Assembly (NCBI GenBank): GCA_035656825.1
Contig: DASRRR010000110.1
Location: 1 to 42,925 of the forward strand
Source: Tepidisphaeraceae bacterium
Lineage (GTDB): Bacteria; Planctomycetota; Phycisphaerae; Tepidisphaerales; Tepidisphaeraceae
Direction of reading: 5' to 3'
DNA length: 42,925 nt
The translations under genes were made by a program, and so were the position numbers. Of this stretch, positions 19,812 through 27,927 are shown piece after piece. Under the pieces are notes generated by a model, which was not told the DNA's origin, did not search any database, and saw nothing but the letters and a program-made list of their open reading frames with translations. Every line of letters begins with the position of its first letter. Positions within the stretch are counted from its first letter, which is position 1.

Positions 19812-20543
19812 ATGCGCGCGTTTACGTTGATTGAATTACTCGTGGTCATGGGGATTGTGGTGGTAGTGATGGCAATCTTGCTACCCGCGCTGGGAATTGC
19901 CCGGCAGTCGGCGCAGCGCGTGCAGTGTTTGAGCAATCTGCGGCAGATGGTGATTGCGGCCAATATTTATGCGGACCGGTTTCATGGGAGTTATCCCATT
20001 GCGTATTATTCAGATAACTCCGGCGGCGTCGTTACAGATTACGCCTGGGATTTGACGACGATTTCAGGAGGAACTGAGCCGACGCGTGTGGTGGCGGGTT
20101 TGCTTTGGGAAGGGAAAGGAGCGGGAGCGATTCAGCAGTGCCCGTCGTTTGATGGAGATGCGAATTGGCTGGTCGATCCGTTTACAGGATACAACTACAA
20201 CACCAGTTATATCGGGCATGGACAGTTTGAGACGGTGGAGGCGCCAGCGAAGATGGTGGCGATCCGCCGGCCGGTCGAGGTGGCGATCTTTGGCGATGGA
20301 CAGTGGGGAGACGGCGCAAATAAGTTTATGCGCGCCCCTTGGCCGAGTGCGGGGGATCTAGGATTCATCGGCCGCTGGGGCGGGACGCAGGGATTTCGCC
20401 ATCGCGGGAAAACCAATGTCGCATTTTGCGACGGCCATGCGGAGTCGTTGGCGGATCGGTTTGTGGAGAATGCCGATGGGGCGGAGAACGTCGCGAAAGG
20501 AACGGGCTTCTTGTCGGCGGATAATCGGGCATATGGGCAGTAG
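19812..20543 (+). CDS. DUF1559 / H-X9-DG domain protein with prepilin-type N-terminal cleavage/methylation leader
   Basis: N-terminus MRAFTLIELLVVMGIVVVVMAILLPAL (type IV pilin-like class III signal); C-terminal RHRGKTNVAFCDGHAESL contains the H-X9-DG motif. This family is abundant in Planctomycetes/Verrucomicrobia. Confidence 0.8.
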   Translation: MRAFTLIELLVVMGIVVVVMAILLPALGIARQSAQRVQCLSNLRQMVIAANIYADRFHGSYPIAYYSDNSGGVVTDYAWDLTTISGGTEPTRVVAGLLWEGKGAGAIQQCPSFDGDANWLVDPFTGYNYNTSYIGHGQFETVEAPAKMVAIRRPVEVAIFGDGQWGDGANKFMRAPWPSAGDLGFIGRWGGTQGFRHRGKTNVAFCDGHAESLADRFVENADGAENVAKGTGFLSADNRAYGQ

Positions 20544-20634
20544 TCGATTTTTATCCGGGCCTCGTTCACTTCGACCAAAACGATTCCGGGCACCCTCGGC
20601 ATTCCTGATCGGTTGGCCGCGTCTTGCCGGCGGG

Positions 20635-20808
20635 TTACATCTCGAGCGCTGGTTGCATCTCGACAGCGGGTTGCCCGGCGGCCAGCGCCCGGGCGGCGGC
20701 GAGAATGCGCTCCTGCTCGAGGCGGATTTGGGCCCGCGTCAGACGCGAGCCGCGATGTCGTCCTTTGCCATTGGCGCGGCACCTGCGCTGCCGTTCGGCG
20801 GCGGTCAT
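20635..20808 (-). CDS. possible small basic protein (MTAAERQRRCRANGKGRHRGSRLTRAQIRLEQERILAAARALAAGQPAVE...), speculative DNA-binding regulator next to the repeat array
   Basis: Only an ORF with Arg-rich N-terminus followed by a helical-looking segment; no recognisable family; transcribed away from the 21-bp array. Confidence 0.15.
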   Translation of the reverse strand: MTAAERQRRCRANGKGRHRGSRLTRAQIRLEQERILAAARALAAGQPAVEMQPALEM

Positions 20809-20964
20809 GGGTCGAAAGGTTCCCTTTGGGAAAAACGGTTGCATGGCCTTGATTCATCGGCCTATCGGCGATTTGGCTTCAGCCGTTTTGACAATGATAA
20901 CCATCGCCGCCTGGGAGCGATAAAACCGCCTTAAACGCCGCTGGCGACCATCGCGCACCCCATG

Positions 20965-21174
20965 TTTCGTGACGCGCAGTCAATCTTTCGTGACGCGCAC
21001 GCACGCTTCCGTGACGCGCAATCGCGTTTTCGTGACGCGCAACCAGGCTTTCGTGACGCGCAACCGAGCTTCCGTGACGCGCACTTGAACTTTCGTGACG
21101 CGCAATCACATCTTCGTGACGCGCCCCCATACTTCCGTGACGCGCAACTGACCTTTCGTGACGCGCCCTCGACG
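20965..21174. repeat. 10 tandem direct repeats with exact 21-bp period: 13-14-nt conserved core TTYCGTGACGCGC(A) + 7-8-nt variable segment (iteron-like array)
   Basis: Units start at 20965, 20986, 21007, 21028, 21049, 21070, 21091, 21112, 21133, 21154 (all +21). Core is invariant except T/C at position 3 and one unit with CTT; the variable part differs in every unit. Confidence 0.95.
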
Positions 21175-21277
21175 GTGAAAGGCCTGAGATGAAAGAGGGC
21201 GAATGGAAGGGGCAGCGATTCGTCTGTCAGACGCGGCAAAATAAATTGTGTCCCCTTATCAGCGCCCTTATCTGGCC

Positions 21278-21850
21278 TCAATCGGGTGCAGGGTTGGACC
21301 CACGTCCTCCAGATGCGTTCGAGACCGGCGTTCCGGATTGACGGAAGAGCACCGAAGCACCCAAAGCCCAAGCCACGATCCCCCCGCACGTTAACACGAA
21401 TAGGCCCAGAACCGTCCATGGCCCCATGGCTGGCAAGTACCCCGGCACTGGGCTCCCCGCCATCATGCAGATGCCGAGTAGGGCAGCGATTATGTTGAGA
21501 AAGGTCGCAAACCAGCCGATCCCCTTGCGACCACTGGCGTGCTTGCCCCGCGGTAATCCCAGCAACGCGGTTACTCCTGCTGCTATCAATAAAGAATCAA
21601 TCACGCGCACGAATAACAGTCGATCCGCGGTGCGATTGATGCCACACCTCACGGCAAGAAATAAAGTGCCCATGCTCAGGAGGCCGGTGGGCGTAAGCTC
21701 CGACATCGTTGGAATGTGTAAGTTAGGGTCAAACCCGCTGGCGCCGATCAGGATTAGCAGTATGGCGGCAATCCGACCGATTTTGAGGACCAAACCCGGC
21801 GCGCTCCTCGCCTCTTTCCGCCGCTTGCCCGGTGGTGATATTCCCAGCAT
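21278..21850 (-). CDS. hypothetical polytopic membrane protein (4-5 TM) in lower-GC islet
   Basis: Hydrophobic segments IAAILLILIGASGF, LLSMGTLFLAV, LLIAAGVTALLGL, FATFLNIIAALLGICMMA, VLGLFVLTCGGIVAWALGA; start chosen at Met avoiding overlap with the upstream ORF; no family recognised. Confidence 0.4.
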   Translation of the reverse strand: MLGISPPGKRRKEARSAPGLVLKIGRIAAILLILIGASGFDPNLHIPTMSELTPTGLLSMGTLFLAVRCGINRTADRLLFVRVIDSLLIAAGVTALLGLPRGKHASGRKGIGWFATFLNIIAALLGICMMAGSPVPGYLPAMGPWTVLGLFVLTCGGIVAWALGASVLFRQSGTPVSNASGGRGSNPAPD

Positions 21851-21863
21851 CTGATCGGGATCC

Positions 21864-22106
21864 TCACTCACGTCTGGCTCCCTGCCGCAACAAGAGGGTG
21901 ATGAAAAAGACCAGTAGTCCCCCATTCTCGAAAATTCGCGCAATCACCCCGTAGGTACTGCTGATGTGCGTCAATGTCTTGATGGACCATCCAGCGGATT
22001 CTCGCTGACCACCAAGCCAATCAAAAACAAAAGGCGCGGCAATTGATAAAACGAGGCTTATTGCCACGCCGAGAATCGCAATCACAGTTGCAGTCCTGAT
22101 CGTCAT
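21864..22106 (-). CDS. hypothetical small membrane protein (2 TM, 80 aa)
   Basis: MTIRTATVIAILGVAISLVLSIAAPFVF...GGLLVFFITLLL; lower local GC (~50%) than the surrounding ~62%. Confidence 0.35.
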   Translation of the reverse strand: MTIRTATVIAILGVAISLVLSIAAPFVFDWLGGQRESAGWSIKTLTHISSTYGVIARIFENGGLLVFFITLLLRQGARRE

Positions 22107-22230
22107 CGAACCTCACAAAGATCTTGTTTGATTTGATGCCCTGCCAGCACAACTGGCGCACATCATATCGCCACCGTCAGTTCATGACAAATTCGTGCCG
22201 ATGACGCTCCGGAGAAGGCGAGAGGGTAAG

Positions 22231-22390
22231 GAATTGGTTCAATTGCAGTTGCATTGGTTCCAGTTTGGTCCTGCGGCGGCGGGGTTATGCGGGCTGGATG
22301 TCTCCGCTTCGGAGTAAATCGCGGAGCAGGATGGTTTCGGAGAGGTTATCGCAGGGGCTGCATTCTTCCCAGTCGATCCAGACGTGGGCG
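22231..22390. repeat. left copy of a ~155-bp direct repeat (duplicate of the 3' end + downstream flank of the isomerase gene at 23946..24785)
   Basis: Aligns with 23891..24047 at ~80-85% identity including ccagtttgRtc, gcggcggg, gcgggcYggatgtctc, aaatcgcgRag.aggatggtttcggagag, tcttcccagtcgatccagacgt; one 6-bp in-frame indel (cgcttc). Confidence 0.8.
22285..22390 (-). pseudogene. 3'-terminal gene fragment (~35 codons) paralogous to the C-terminus of the xylose-isomerase-like TIM-barrel gene; fused in-frame to unrelated upstream sequence in ORF 22285..22731
   Basis: Encoded HVWIDWEECSPCDNLSETILLRDLLRSGDIQPA* vs intact gene's YVWIDWEECNTCDNLSETILLRDLLRDIRPA*; similarity ends abruptly at ~22390. 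Confidence 0.55.
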
Positions 22391-22872
22391 GGCGTTTGAC
22401 GATTGAGCGATGCGATCTTATCCGGCCCGCATTCGCTCCGACAAGAACGATCCTGGCCCCTTCGGTCGCAACCAGCGCCGCAACACCCGCTCGCCGTCGA
22501 TCCCTCCAGCATTCGCTTGATACTGTGTACTTCGCTCTCGTTCTTATTCGCTTCGCTTGGCGCGATGGGCGATCGCTCATTGATTGGTGTCTTATCGACT
22601 GATCTGCCGGAATCCGTCGATGCGACTGCCCATCGCGCCAGGGAGGGCACAAGGTTAACCTGGGGAACCTGGAACTCCTGCGAATACCCCGAATCGCCCG
22701 CTCCCCGCCATCCCGCGAGATCTTTCTTCAAAACCCTGCCAAAATGGCCGTAATCGTCGAAATGAGATAGTAGATTATCGGCGAATCGGCGGTATCTTCA
22801 TCTGTAGTCAATCATGGCATATTTGCTGGTTGGCCGTTGCTTCGAACAGGCTTATTGCTGGAAGGCTGAAAA

Positions 22873-23853
22873 ATGAAGATTGCACACACTCGCGCGAAGC
22901 GCGGTTTCGTCCTCGCTGTGTTCGTAACCACGCCTCTGTTCATCACCGCGGCCGCCCGGGCTTCTTACTACGTCTCTGATTCCGGCTCCTCCACCGCCGC
23001 GGCGGGGAGTACCTATCCCAACGATCCCGGCAACAGCGCGGGTCGCGACGGGGTCGCCGGCTCGGACAGCCACTCATTTTTCAGCGGAAGCGTCGCACAA
23101 CCGATCGTCACTGGCACCATCTCTTCCTCCACCGACGGCACCGCGTATCAGCCGATCCATCAAACCTATCTCGCCCAGGACGCCGGCGGCAATCTCGAAG
23201 ACACCGCCACCGTCGGCGCGCTCCATTCCACCATCTCCGCCTACAGCAACACCGGTTTGCCCATGGAAAACGTCAACAACGGCAACGCCAGCGCCCATAC
23301 CTCCGACTACCTGACCTGGGGCGATACCGTCCACTTCGTCAGCGCCAATCCCGCAGGCTCCTATTACACGGTTGCTCTTGGACTCGATGCCGCCATCGAT
23401 GCGACCGGGACCTTCAGCCCCTACGAGACGGGCTCTTTCGTCGGCAAAGCGCAGGCTACCGTCACCATCTCCGGCAATCTCGATTTCTCGCAGTACTACC
23501 AACCCATCTTCAATATTCAGGCCCTCCAAGGCATTCAGTCCGACGGCACCATCGTCAACACCAGCTACATCAGTCCCCAAACCTCGCTCACGTTTTTTGT
23601 CCCCTATCAGGAGTTTATCAATCTCACGTTTGCCGCCACTCTTCAAACCGACGCCTATGCCACCCTCGGCGACGGTCAGGCGCTGGTCAACGCCGGCAAC
23701 ACCGCTCTCTTCGCCATCTCCTCACCCGACCCGCTGGCTTCCTATACATCCGACTCGGGCACCGTGTATGCGACAAGCCTGCCGGAACCCGCCGCGCTCG
23801 GCCTCCTCGCCGCCCCCGCGCTGGCGCTGGCCCATCGCCGCAATCGCAAATGA
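22873..23853 (+). CDS. PEP-CTERM sorting-domain protein (second paralog), secreted
   Basis: Signal peptide MKIAHTRAKRGFVLAVFVTTPLFITAAARA; C-terminus SLPEPAALGLLAAPALALAHRRNRK; C-ending codon usage, opposite to flanking genes. Confidence 0.75.
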   Translation: MKIAHTRAKRGFVLAVFVTTPLFITAAARASYYVSDSGSSTAAAGSTYPNDPGNSAGRDGVAGSDSHSFFSGSVAQPIVTGTISSSTDGTAYQPIHQTYLAQDAGGNLEDTATVGALHSTISAYSNTGLPMENVNNGNASAHTSDYLTWGDTVHFVSANPAGSYYTVALGLDAAIDATGTFSPYETGSFVGKAQATVTISGNLDFSQYYQPIFNIQALQGIQSDGTIVNTSYISPQTSLTFFVPYQEFINLTFAATLQTDAYATLGDGQALVNAGNTALFAISSPDPLASYTSDSGTVYATSLPEPAALGLLAAPALALAHRRNRK

Positions 23854-23890
23854 CCCGTTGTGCGTCGGGACAAAGAACTCGAGACGATCA

Positions 23891-24047
23891 GGAATCATTT
23901 CCTATATAGTTCGATTGTTTCCAGTTTGATCGTTCAGCGGCGGGATTAGGCGGGCCGGATGTCTCGGAGCAAATCGCGAAGGAGGATGGTTTCGGAGAGA
24001 TTGTCGCAGGTGTTGCACTCTTCCCAGTCGATCCAGACGTATTCGAT
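23891..24047. repeat. right copy of the ~155-bp direct repeat (authentic 3' end of the isomerase gene)
   Basis: See left copy 22231..22390. Confidence 0.8.
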
Positions 24048-24785
24048 GCCGATCCAGCCGGGGTAGTTTTGGGCGCGCAGGCGGGAGAGGATGTCGTTGT
24101 AATTAATGATGTTGTCCTTGACGGGGCATTGCAGGCGGCCTTTTTTGGCGCCGCGGGCGTGGAAGTGGGAGGCGTAGGGCAAGAGCGGGTGGGCGGCGGA
24201 GTCGGGGAGGCCGGAGCGGGTGAAGTGGGTGTAATCGAGCGTGAGCGTGAGTCCGGGGACGGAGGTGACGAGTTGGAGGGCGCTGGCGGGGTCGGGGGCG
24301 AGGGAGCCGACGTGGGCTTCTACGCCCAGGGTGATTTGGTGAGAGGCGGACTGGGCGACACGCCAGGCGAGTTCATCAGCGGCGCGAGAGAAGGAGGTGG
24401 CCGCGTCTTCGTTGGGATTGAGAATTCCCGGGAGGGTGGTGACGTGGTGGCAGCTCGCGGCGGAGGCGTAGTCGAGGGTTTTGAGGAACGCATCGCGGGC
24501 GTGGGCGCGGCGGGAAGCGTCGGGGTGGTTGATGGCGTAGGGGGTGAAGTCGGGGTCGAGCTGAAGGAAGACGTCGGCGCATTGGAGGTTGAGGTCGGAG
24601 AGTTTGCTGGCGAGGGCGCGGCCGGAGCGTTCGGGGCCGGCGGCGAATTCGCGGCTGGGCCAGAGGTGAGAGCGCTCTTCGAAGAGGCCGATGTCGACGC
24701 CGTCGAGGTTGAGCATGAAGATGAGTTTGAGGACGCTGTCGTGGGGGAGGAGGGGGAAGGTGAAGTCGGCACAGGCTAGTTTCAT
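23946..24785 (-). CDS. sugar phosphate isomerase/epimerase (xylose isomerase-like TIM-barrel protein)
   Basis: MKLACADFTFPLLPHD... typical AP-endonuclease-2/xylose-isomerase-like TIM barrel N-terminus and length (279 aa). Confidence 0.7.
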   Translation of the reverse strand: MKLACADFTFPLLPHDSVLKLIFMLNLDGVDIGLFEERSHLWPSREFAAGPERSGRALASKLSDLNLQCADVFLQLDPDFTPYAINHPDASRRAHARDAFLKTLDYASAASCHHVTTLPGILNPNEDAATSFSRAADELAWRVAQSASHQITLGVEAHVGSLAPDPASALQLVTSVPGLTLTLDYTHFTRSGLPDSAAHPLLPYASHFHARGAKKGRLQCPVKDNIINYNDILSRLRAQNYPGWIGIEYVWIDWEECNTCDNLSETILLRDLLRDIRPA

Positions 24786-24807
24786 AATTGAATCCTCGGA
24801 GGACAGA

Positions 24808-26229
24808 TTACTTGGTCAATTCGATCTTGGTGATCTGGTTGGCTTTGACTTCGATGCGTTTGGCGGCGGGGTCGGGGGCATCGTGAGGGAGGCCGGCGGT
24901 GGAGAGGAGGTAGGGGCCGGGGGGGACTTTGGTGAATTCGAAGGTGCCGTCGGGGTGGACGGCGGTGTCGCCGCTCCAGTTGATGGGGTGGTCGCCGGTG
25001 GAGGTGATGCTGACGTTGCGCGGGTTGGCTCCATCGGCGGGGGTGAGGAGAGCGCCTTTGACGGTGCCGGTGGCGGTCATGTGGAGGGTGAGGTGGGTGT
25101 AGTCGGGGCGGGTGCCATTGGAGGGTGGGCCGAAGATGTGAATGGAGTCGAGTTGTTCGTGAGAGTCGTCGCTGGCGAAGAGTTGGAAGGAGCCTTCGGG
25201 GAGGTTGGGGAGTTGGAAGGCGCCGTGGGCGTCGGTGACGGCTTTGACGGGGTCAGGGAGAAGGTAGCCGCGACCGTCGAGGGCGATGGTGCAGGTGGCT
25301 TGGACGGTGACGCCGGGGAGGGACGTGCCGTCGGTGTTCAGGACGGTGCCGGAGGCGGTGATGGAGGTGGTGAGCTGGACGGTGTGGTGTTTGAGGGTGT
25401 TTGGGCCGAAGGTCTCGGAACCGAGGGTGCGGGAGGCGTGGCCGGGGGCGGCGACGGAGATGCGGTACTTGCCGGCGGGGACGTGTTTGAGTTCGAAATG
25501 GCCGGCGGGATCGGATTGGGTCTGGGCGATGGTCACGTAGCTTTTAGAGTTGTAATTGGCGACGGTGATCTGGGCGGCGGGAATGGGTTTGGAGGAGAGG
25601 AGGTCGTAGACATCGCCGCGGAGGACGGAGGCGTCGGCGCGGTCGTAGCCGGCAGAGGTGGCGCGTTCATCGACGAGGGTGATGCCGGGGGGTAGTTTGA
25701 TTTGGGTCCAGTCGATGCCTTTGCCGTCGGGGCCGGCGATGTTGACGGCGAGCGATGGGGGCGGAACGGAATTGCGGATGCCGCCTCTGGGATCGTCATT
25801 GGTCAGGGCATTGAAGGGATTGTTGAACATTTGATGCCAGGAGCGCGGGGTCCAGACGATGAAGGTCCAATCGACGTGGGTATCCTTTGAGGAGGGATCC
25901 ATGTCCTGGAGCCAGAAGCTTTCTTCAAGGCCTTCGCGGATGATGAGGCGGCGTTCGGGGGCGTTGATTTTGGCGAAGGTGTCGAGGGCATGTTGGAAGG
26001 AGGCGGTGTCGCCGCGATAGAGGAAGTGGAATTCGCCGCCGCCGTGTGGGGGGCCTTCCCAGTACGCGATGCGGGAGTGGAGGTTGACGAGGTCGACGCT
26101 GCCGGCTGGCCAATTGCCATCGCCCGCGGGAGCGTAGCCGGTATTGCCGGTGATGAGGGCGCGGGCAGGGAAAGAGGTGAGGAGAAGCATGGCGGAAAGG
26201 ATGCCGATGCGGAGTTTGGTGGGGGACAT
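24808..26229 (-). CDS. secreted protein with repeated carboxypeptidase-regulatory-like (Ig/transthyretin-like) domains
   Basis: Signal peptide MSPTKLRIGILSAMLLLTSFPARA; three segments of the GxV.D..G.P...A.V.....S..T.T...G.F.L..VP.G.Y type. Confidence 0.5.
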   Translation of the reverse strand: MSPTKLRIGILSAMLLLTSFPARALITGNTGYAPAGDGNWPAGSVDLVNLHSRIAYWEGPPHGGGEFHFLYRGDTASFQHALDTFAKINAPERRLIIREGLEESFWLQDMDPSSKDTHVDWTFIVWTPRSWHQMFNNPFNALTNDDPRGGIRNSVPPPSLAVNIAGPDGKGIDWTQIKLPPGITLVDERATSAGYDRADASVLRGDVYDLLSSKPIPAAQITVANYNSKSYVTIAQTQSDPAGHFELKHVPAGKYRISVAAPGHASRTLGSETFGPNTLKHHTVQLTTSITASGTVLNTDGTSLPGVTVQATCTIALDGRGYLLPDPVKAVTDAHGAFQLPNLPEGSFQLFASDDSHEQLDSIHIFGPPSNGTRPDYTHLTLHMTATGTVKGALLTPADGANPRNVSITSTGDHPINWSGDTAVHPDGTFEFTKVPPGPYLLSTAGLPHDAPDPAAKRIEVKANQITKIELTK

Positions 26230-26250
26230 GGGTTCCCTTTCCGTTGGAGT

Positions 26251-27060
26251 TCAGGTCTCGTCGGCGGGTGTCATGAAGCGTGTGGCGCCGCCGTTGTCCC
26301 ATTCGGCGGCGGCGAGGTAACCGCCGTCGATGATGAGGCTGGTGCCGGTGACGCCGGCGGAGTCTTCGGTGCAGAGGTGGAGGATGTTGCGGGCGATGTC
26401 CATCGGCGTGAGGGGAATCCCCATCGGCACTCGGCGGAGGCGCTGGGCGAGGGCGGCGTCGGGATCGGGGAGCGTGCGCATGTGGTAGCGGAGCATGGGG
26501 GTGTCGGTGATGCCGGGGCAGACGCAGTTGCAGCGCAATCCGATGGAGGCGTAGTCGAGGGCGATGGAACGGGTGAGCTGGAGGACGGCCCCTTTGGAGG
26601 CGGTGTAGGCGGGGGTGTCGGGCTGAGCCACGAAGGTGCCGACGGAGCCGATGTTGACCATGTAGGAGCGGGGTTGTTTGAGGAGGTGCGGGTAGGCGTG
26701 CTTGATGGAGAAGAAGATGCTTTTGAGGTTGACGGCCATGAGCTGGTCCCATTCCGGCTCGGAATATTCATGGAGCGGTTTGACGTGAACGATTCCCGCA
26801 CAGTTAACGAGGATGTGGAGGGAGCCGAAGTGGGAAACGGTTTGATCAAGGGATTGCCGGACCTGGGATTCGATGGAGACGTCGGCAGGGATGGCCAGGG
26901 CACAGGGAAGTTCTTTGGCGAGCTGGTCGAGCGGAGCGGAATTGATGTCGACGAGCGCGACGTTGGCCCCTTCGGCGGCGAAAAGCTTAGCGACCGCTTG
27001 GCCCATGCCAGAGGCGGCGCCAGTGATCCAGGCAGTTTTGTTTTGCAAGCGGTTTGACAT
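26251..27060 (-). CDS. SDR-family oxidoreductase (3-oxoacyl-ACP reductase-like)
   Basis: TGAASGMGQA NAD(P)-binding motif, NCAG, catalytic YTASKGAV (YxxxK). Confidence 0.85.
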   Translation of the reverse strand: MSNRLQNKTAWITGAASGMGQAVAKLFAAEGANVALVDINSAPLDQLAKELPCALAIPADVSIESQVRQSLDQTVSHFGSLHILVNCAGIVHVKPLHEYSEPEWDQLMAVNLKSIFFSIKHAYPHLLKQPRSYMVNIGSVGTFVAQPDTPAYTASKGAVLQLTRSIALDYASIGLRCNCVCPGITDTPMLRYHMRTLPDPDAALAQRLRRVPMGIPLTPMDIARNILHLCTEDSAGVTGTSLIIDGGYLAAAEWDNGGATRFMTPADET

Positions 27061-27182
27061 GGAGTTGAGGGAGTATAGTCGGTGGAAGAGGTTTTGATGA
27101 GAAGGGGTTTGGGGAAAGGCAAAAATTCCTGCGCGAAGCGATTTTTGGACTGGGGTTTGTCGATTCTATATCCTCTTCTCCA

Positions 27183-27857
27183 ATGCCTGAACCATTGATA
27201 TTTTCTCCGGGTCCGACAGCCGGCACGCTCCGTTCGGCGGCGGGTCAGATTTTGACTCCGCCGGCCGATTGGGTGCTGGTCCCTCCGGGAGATCCGGCGC
27301 TGACCCGCCGGCTCAAGCTGGCCGGTCCGACCTGGCTGGTGCAGGAAAAGGTGGGTCGCAAACTCTTCTCCAAGGGCCTCTATGCACCCGAGGCCATTGT
27401 CGCGCAAATCCGCGTGGATTTAGCCACGGAGCGATCTGATCCGGCGTATGCCCGTAAGCAAGCGAACGCTGCGCAGCGGCGCGACCGCGACCAGGCCGAA
27501 TATGTCCATTCATTCGAGGCCGCTGTCTTTTCGTACCTGGCGTTCCATCCGGCTCATACGGACCTCGCCAGGCATCTGGCCGCCGCCATCGCAGTCCACG
27601 CCACTCCCGTCGGCTCCGGAACCGTTGCCCGGACCGAGCGCATCCCAATTCAAGACCGCGCCGAAGCCGCCACGATCGCGTGGTTGCGCCACCAGACAAC
27701 CACATATGATCAAATGAGCGTCCCGCGTATCAAAGGCAAGCGCCGCGAAATTCGCCGGGCGCTTGCCGAACAATCCAAACGCTTACTCGCCATTTATCGC
27801 AGCGACCGCGCCATCGACCCGGCACAATGCCCGTTGCACCGCGCCTTGCAACCCTGA
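27183..27857 (+). CDS. conserved hypothetical protein (no family assigned)
   Basis: 224-aa ORF with coherent codon usage, divergent from SDR gene; composition shifts from G/T-ending to C-ending codons in its second half. Confidence 0.5.
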   Translation: MPEPLIFSPGPTAGTLRSAAGQILTPPADWVLVPPGDPALTRRLKLAGPTWLVQEKVGRKLFSKGLYAPEAIVAQIRVDLATERSDPAYARKQANAAQRRDRDQAEYVHSFEAAVFSYLAFHPAHTDLARHLAAAIAVHATPVGSGTVARTERIPIQDRAEAATIAWLRHQTTTYDQMSVPRIKGKRREIRRALAEQSKRLLAIYRSDRAIDPAQCPLHRALQP

Positions 27858-27927
27858 GGCAATTCGCCACAGCGCCCTGCACAACACAGGCGCGAACCCT
27901 ACAGTATATAGAACGCATTACTCTCCC

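Noticed and set aside
20965-21174. CRISPR array interpretation of the tandem repeats
   Set aside because: Units are 21 bp total with ~7-nt variable parts. CRISPR needs ~24-48-bp repeats and ~26-72-bp spacers, and no cas genes are nearby.
20962-21192. 76-aa ORF translating the 21-bp array as (FRDAQxx)10, and the reverse-frame CASRK-repeat ORF 20931..21419
   Set aside because: The array is stop-free in several frames simply because the conserved core lacks stop triplets. There is no RBS or family support, so treated primarily as a DNA-level repeat (but kept as an alternative in the finding).
22285-22731. 148-aa minus-strand ORF as an intact gene
   Set aside because: Only its last ~35 codons have a homologue (the isomerase C-terminus). 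The rest is Cys/Arg-rich non-descript sequence overlapping another ORF, so it is interpreted as a duplicated 3' fragment fused to a random open frame.
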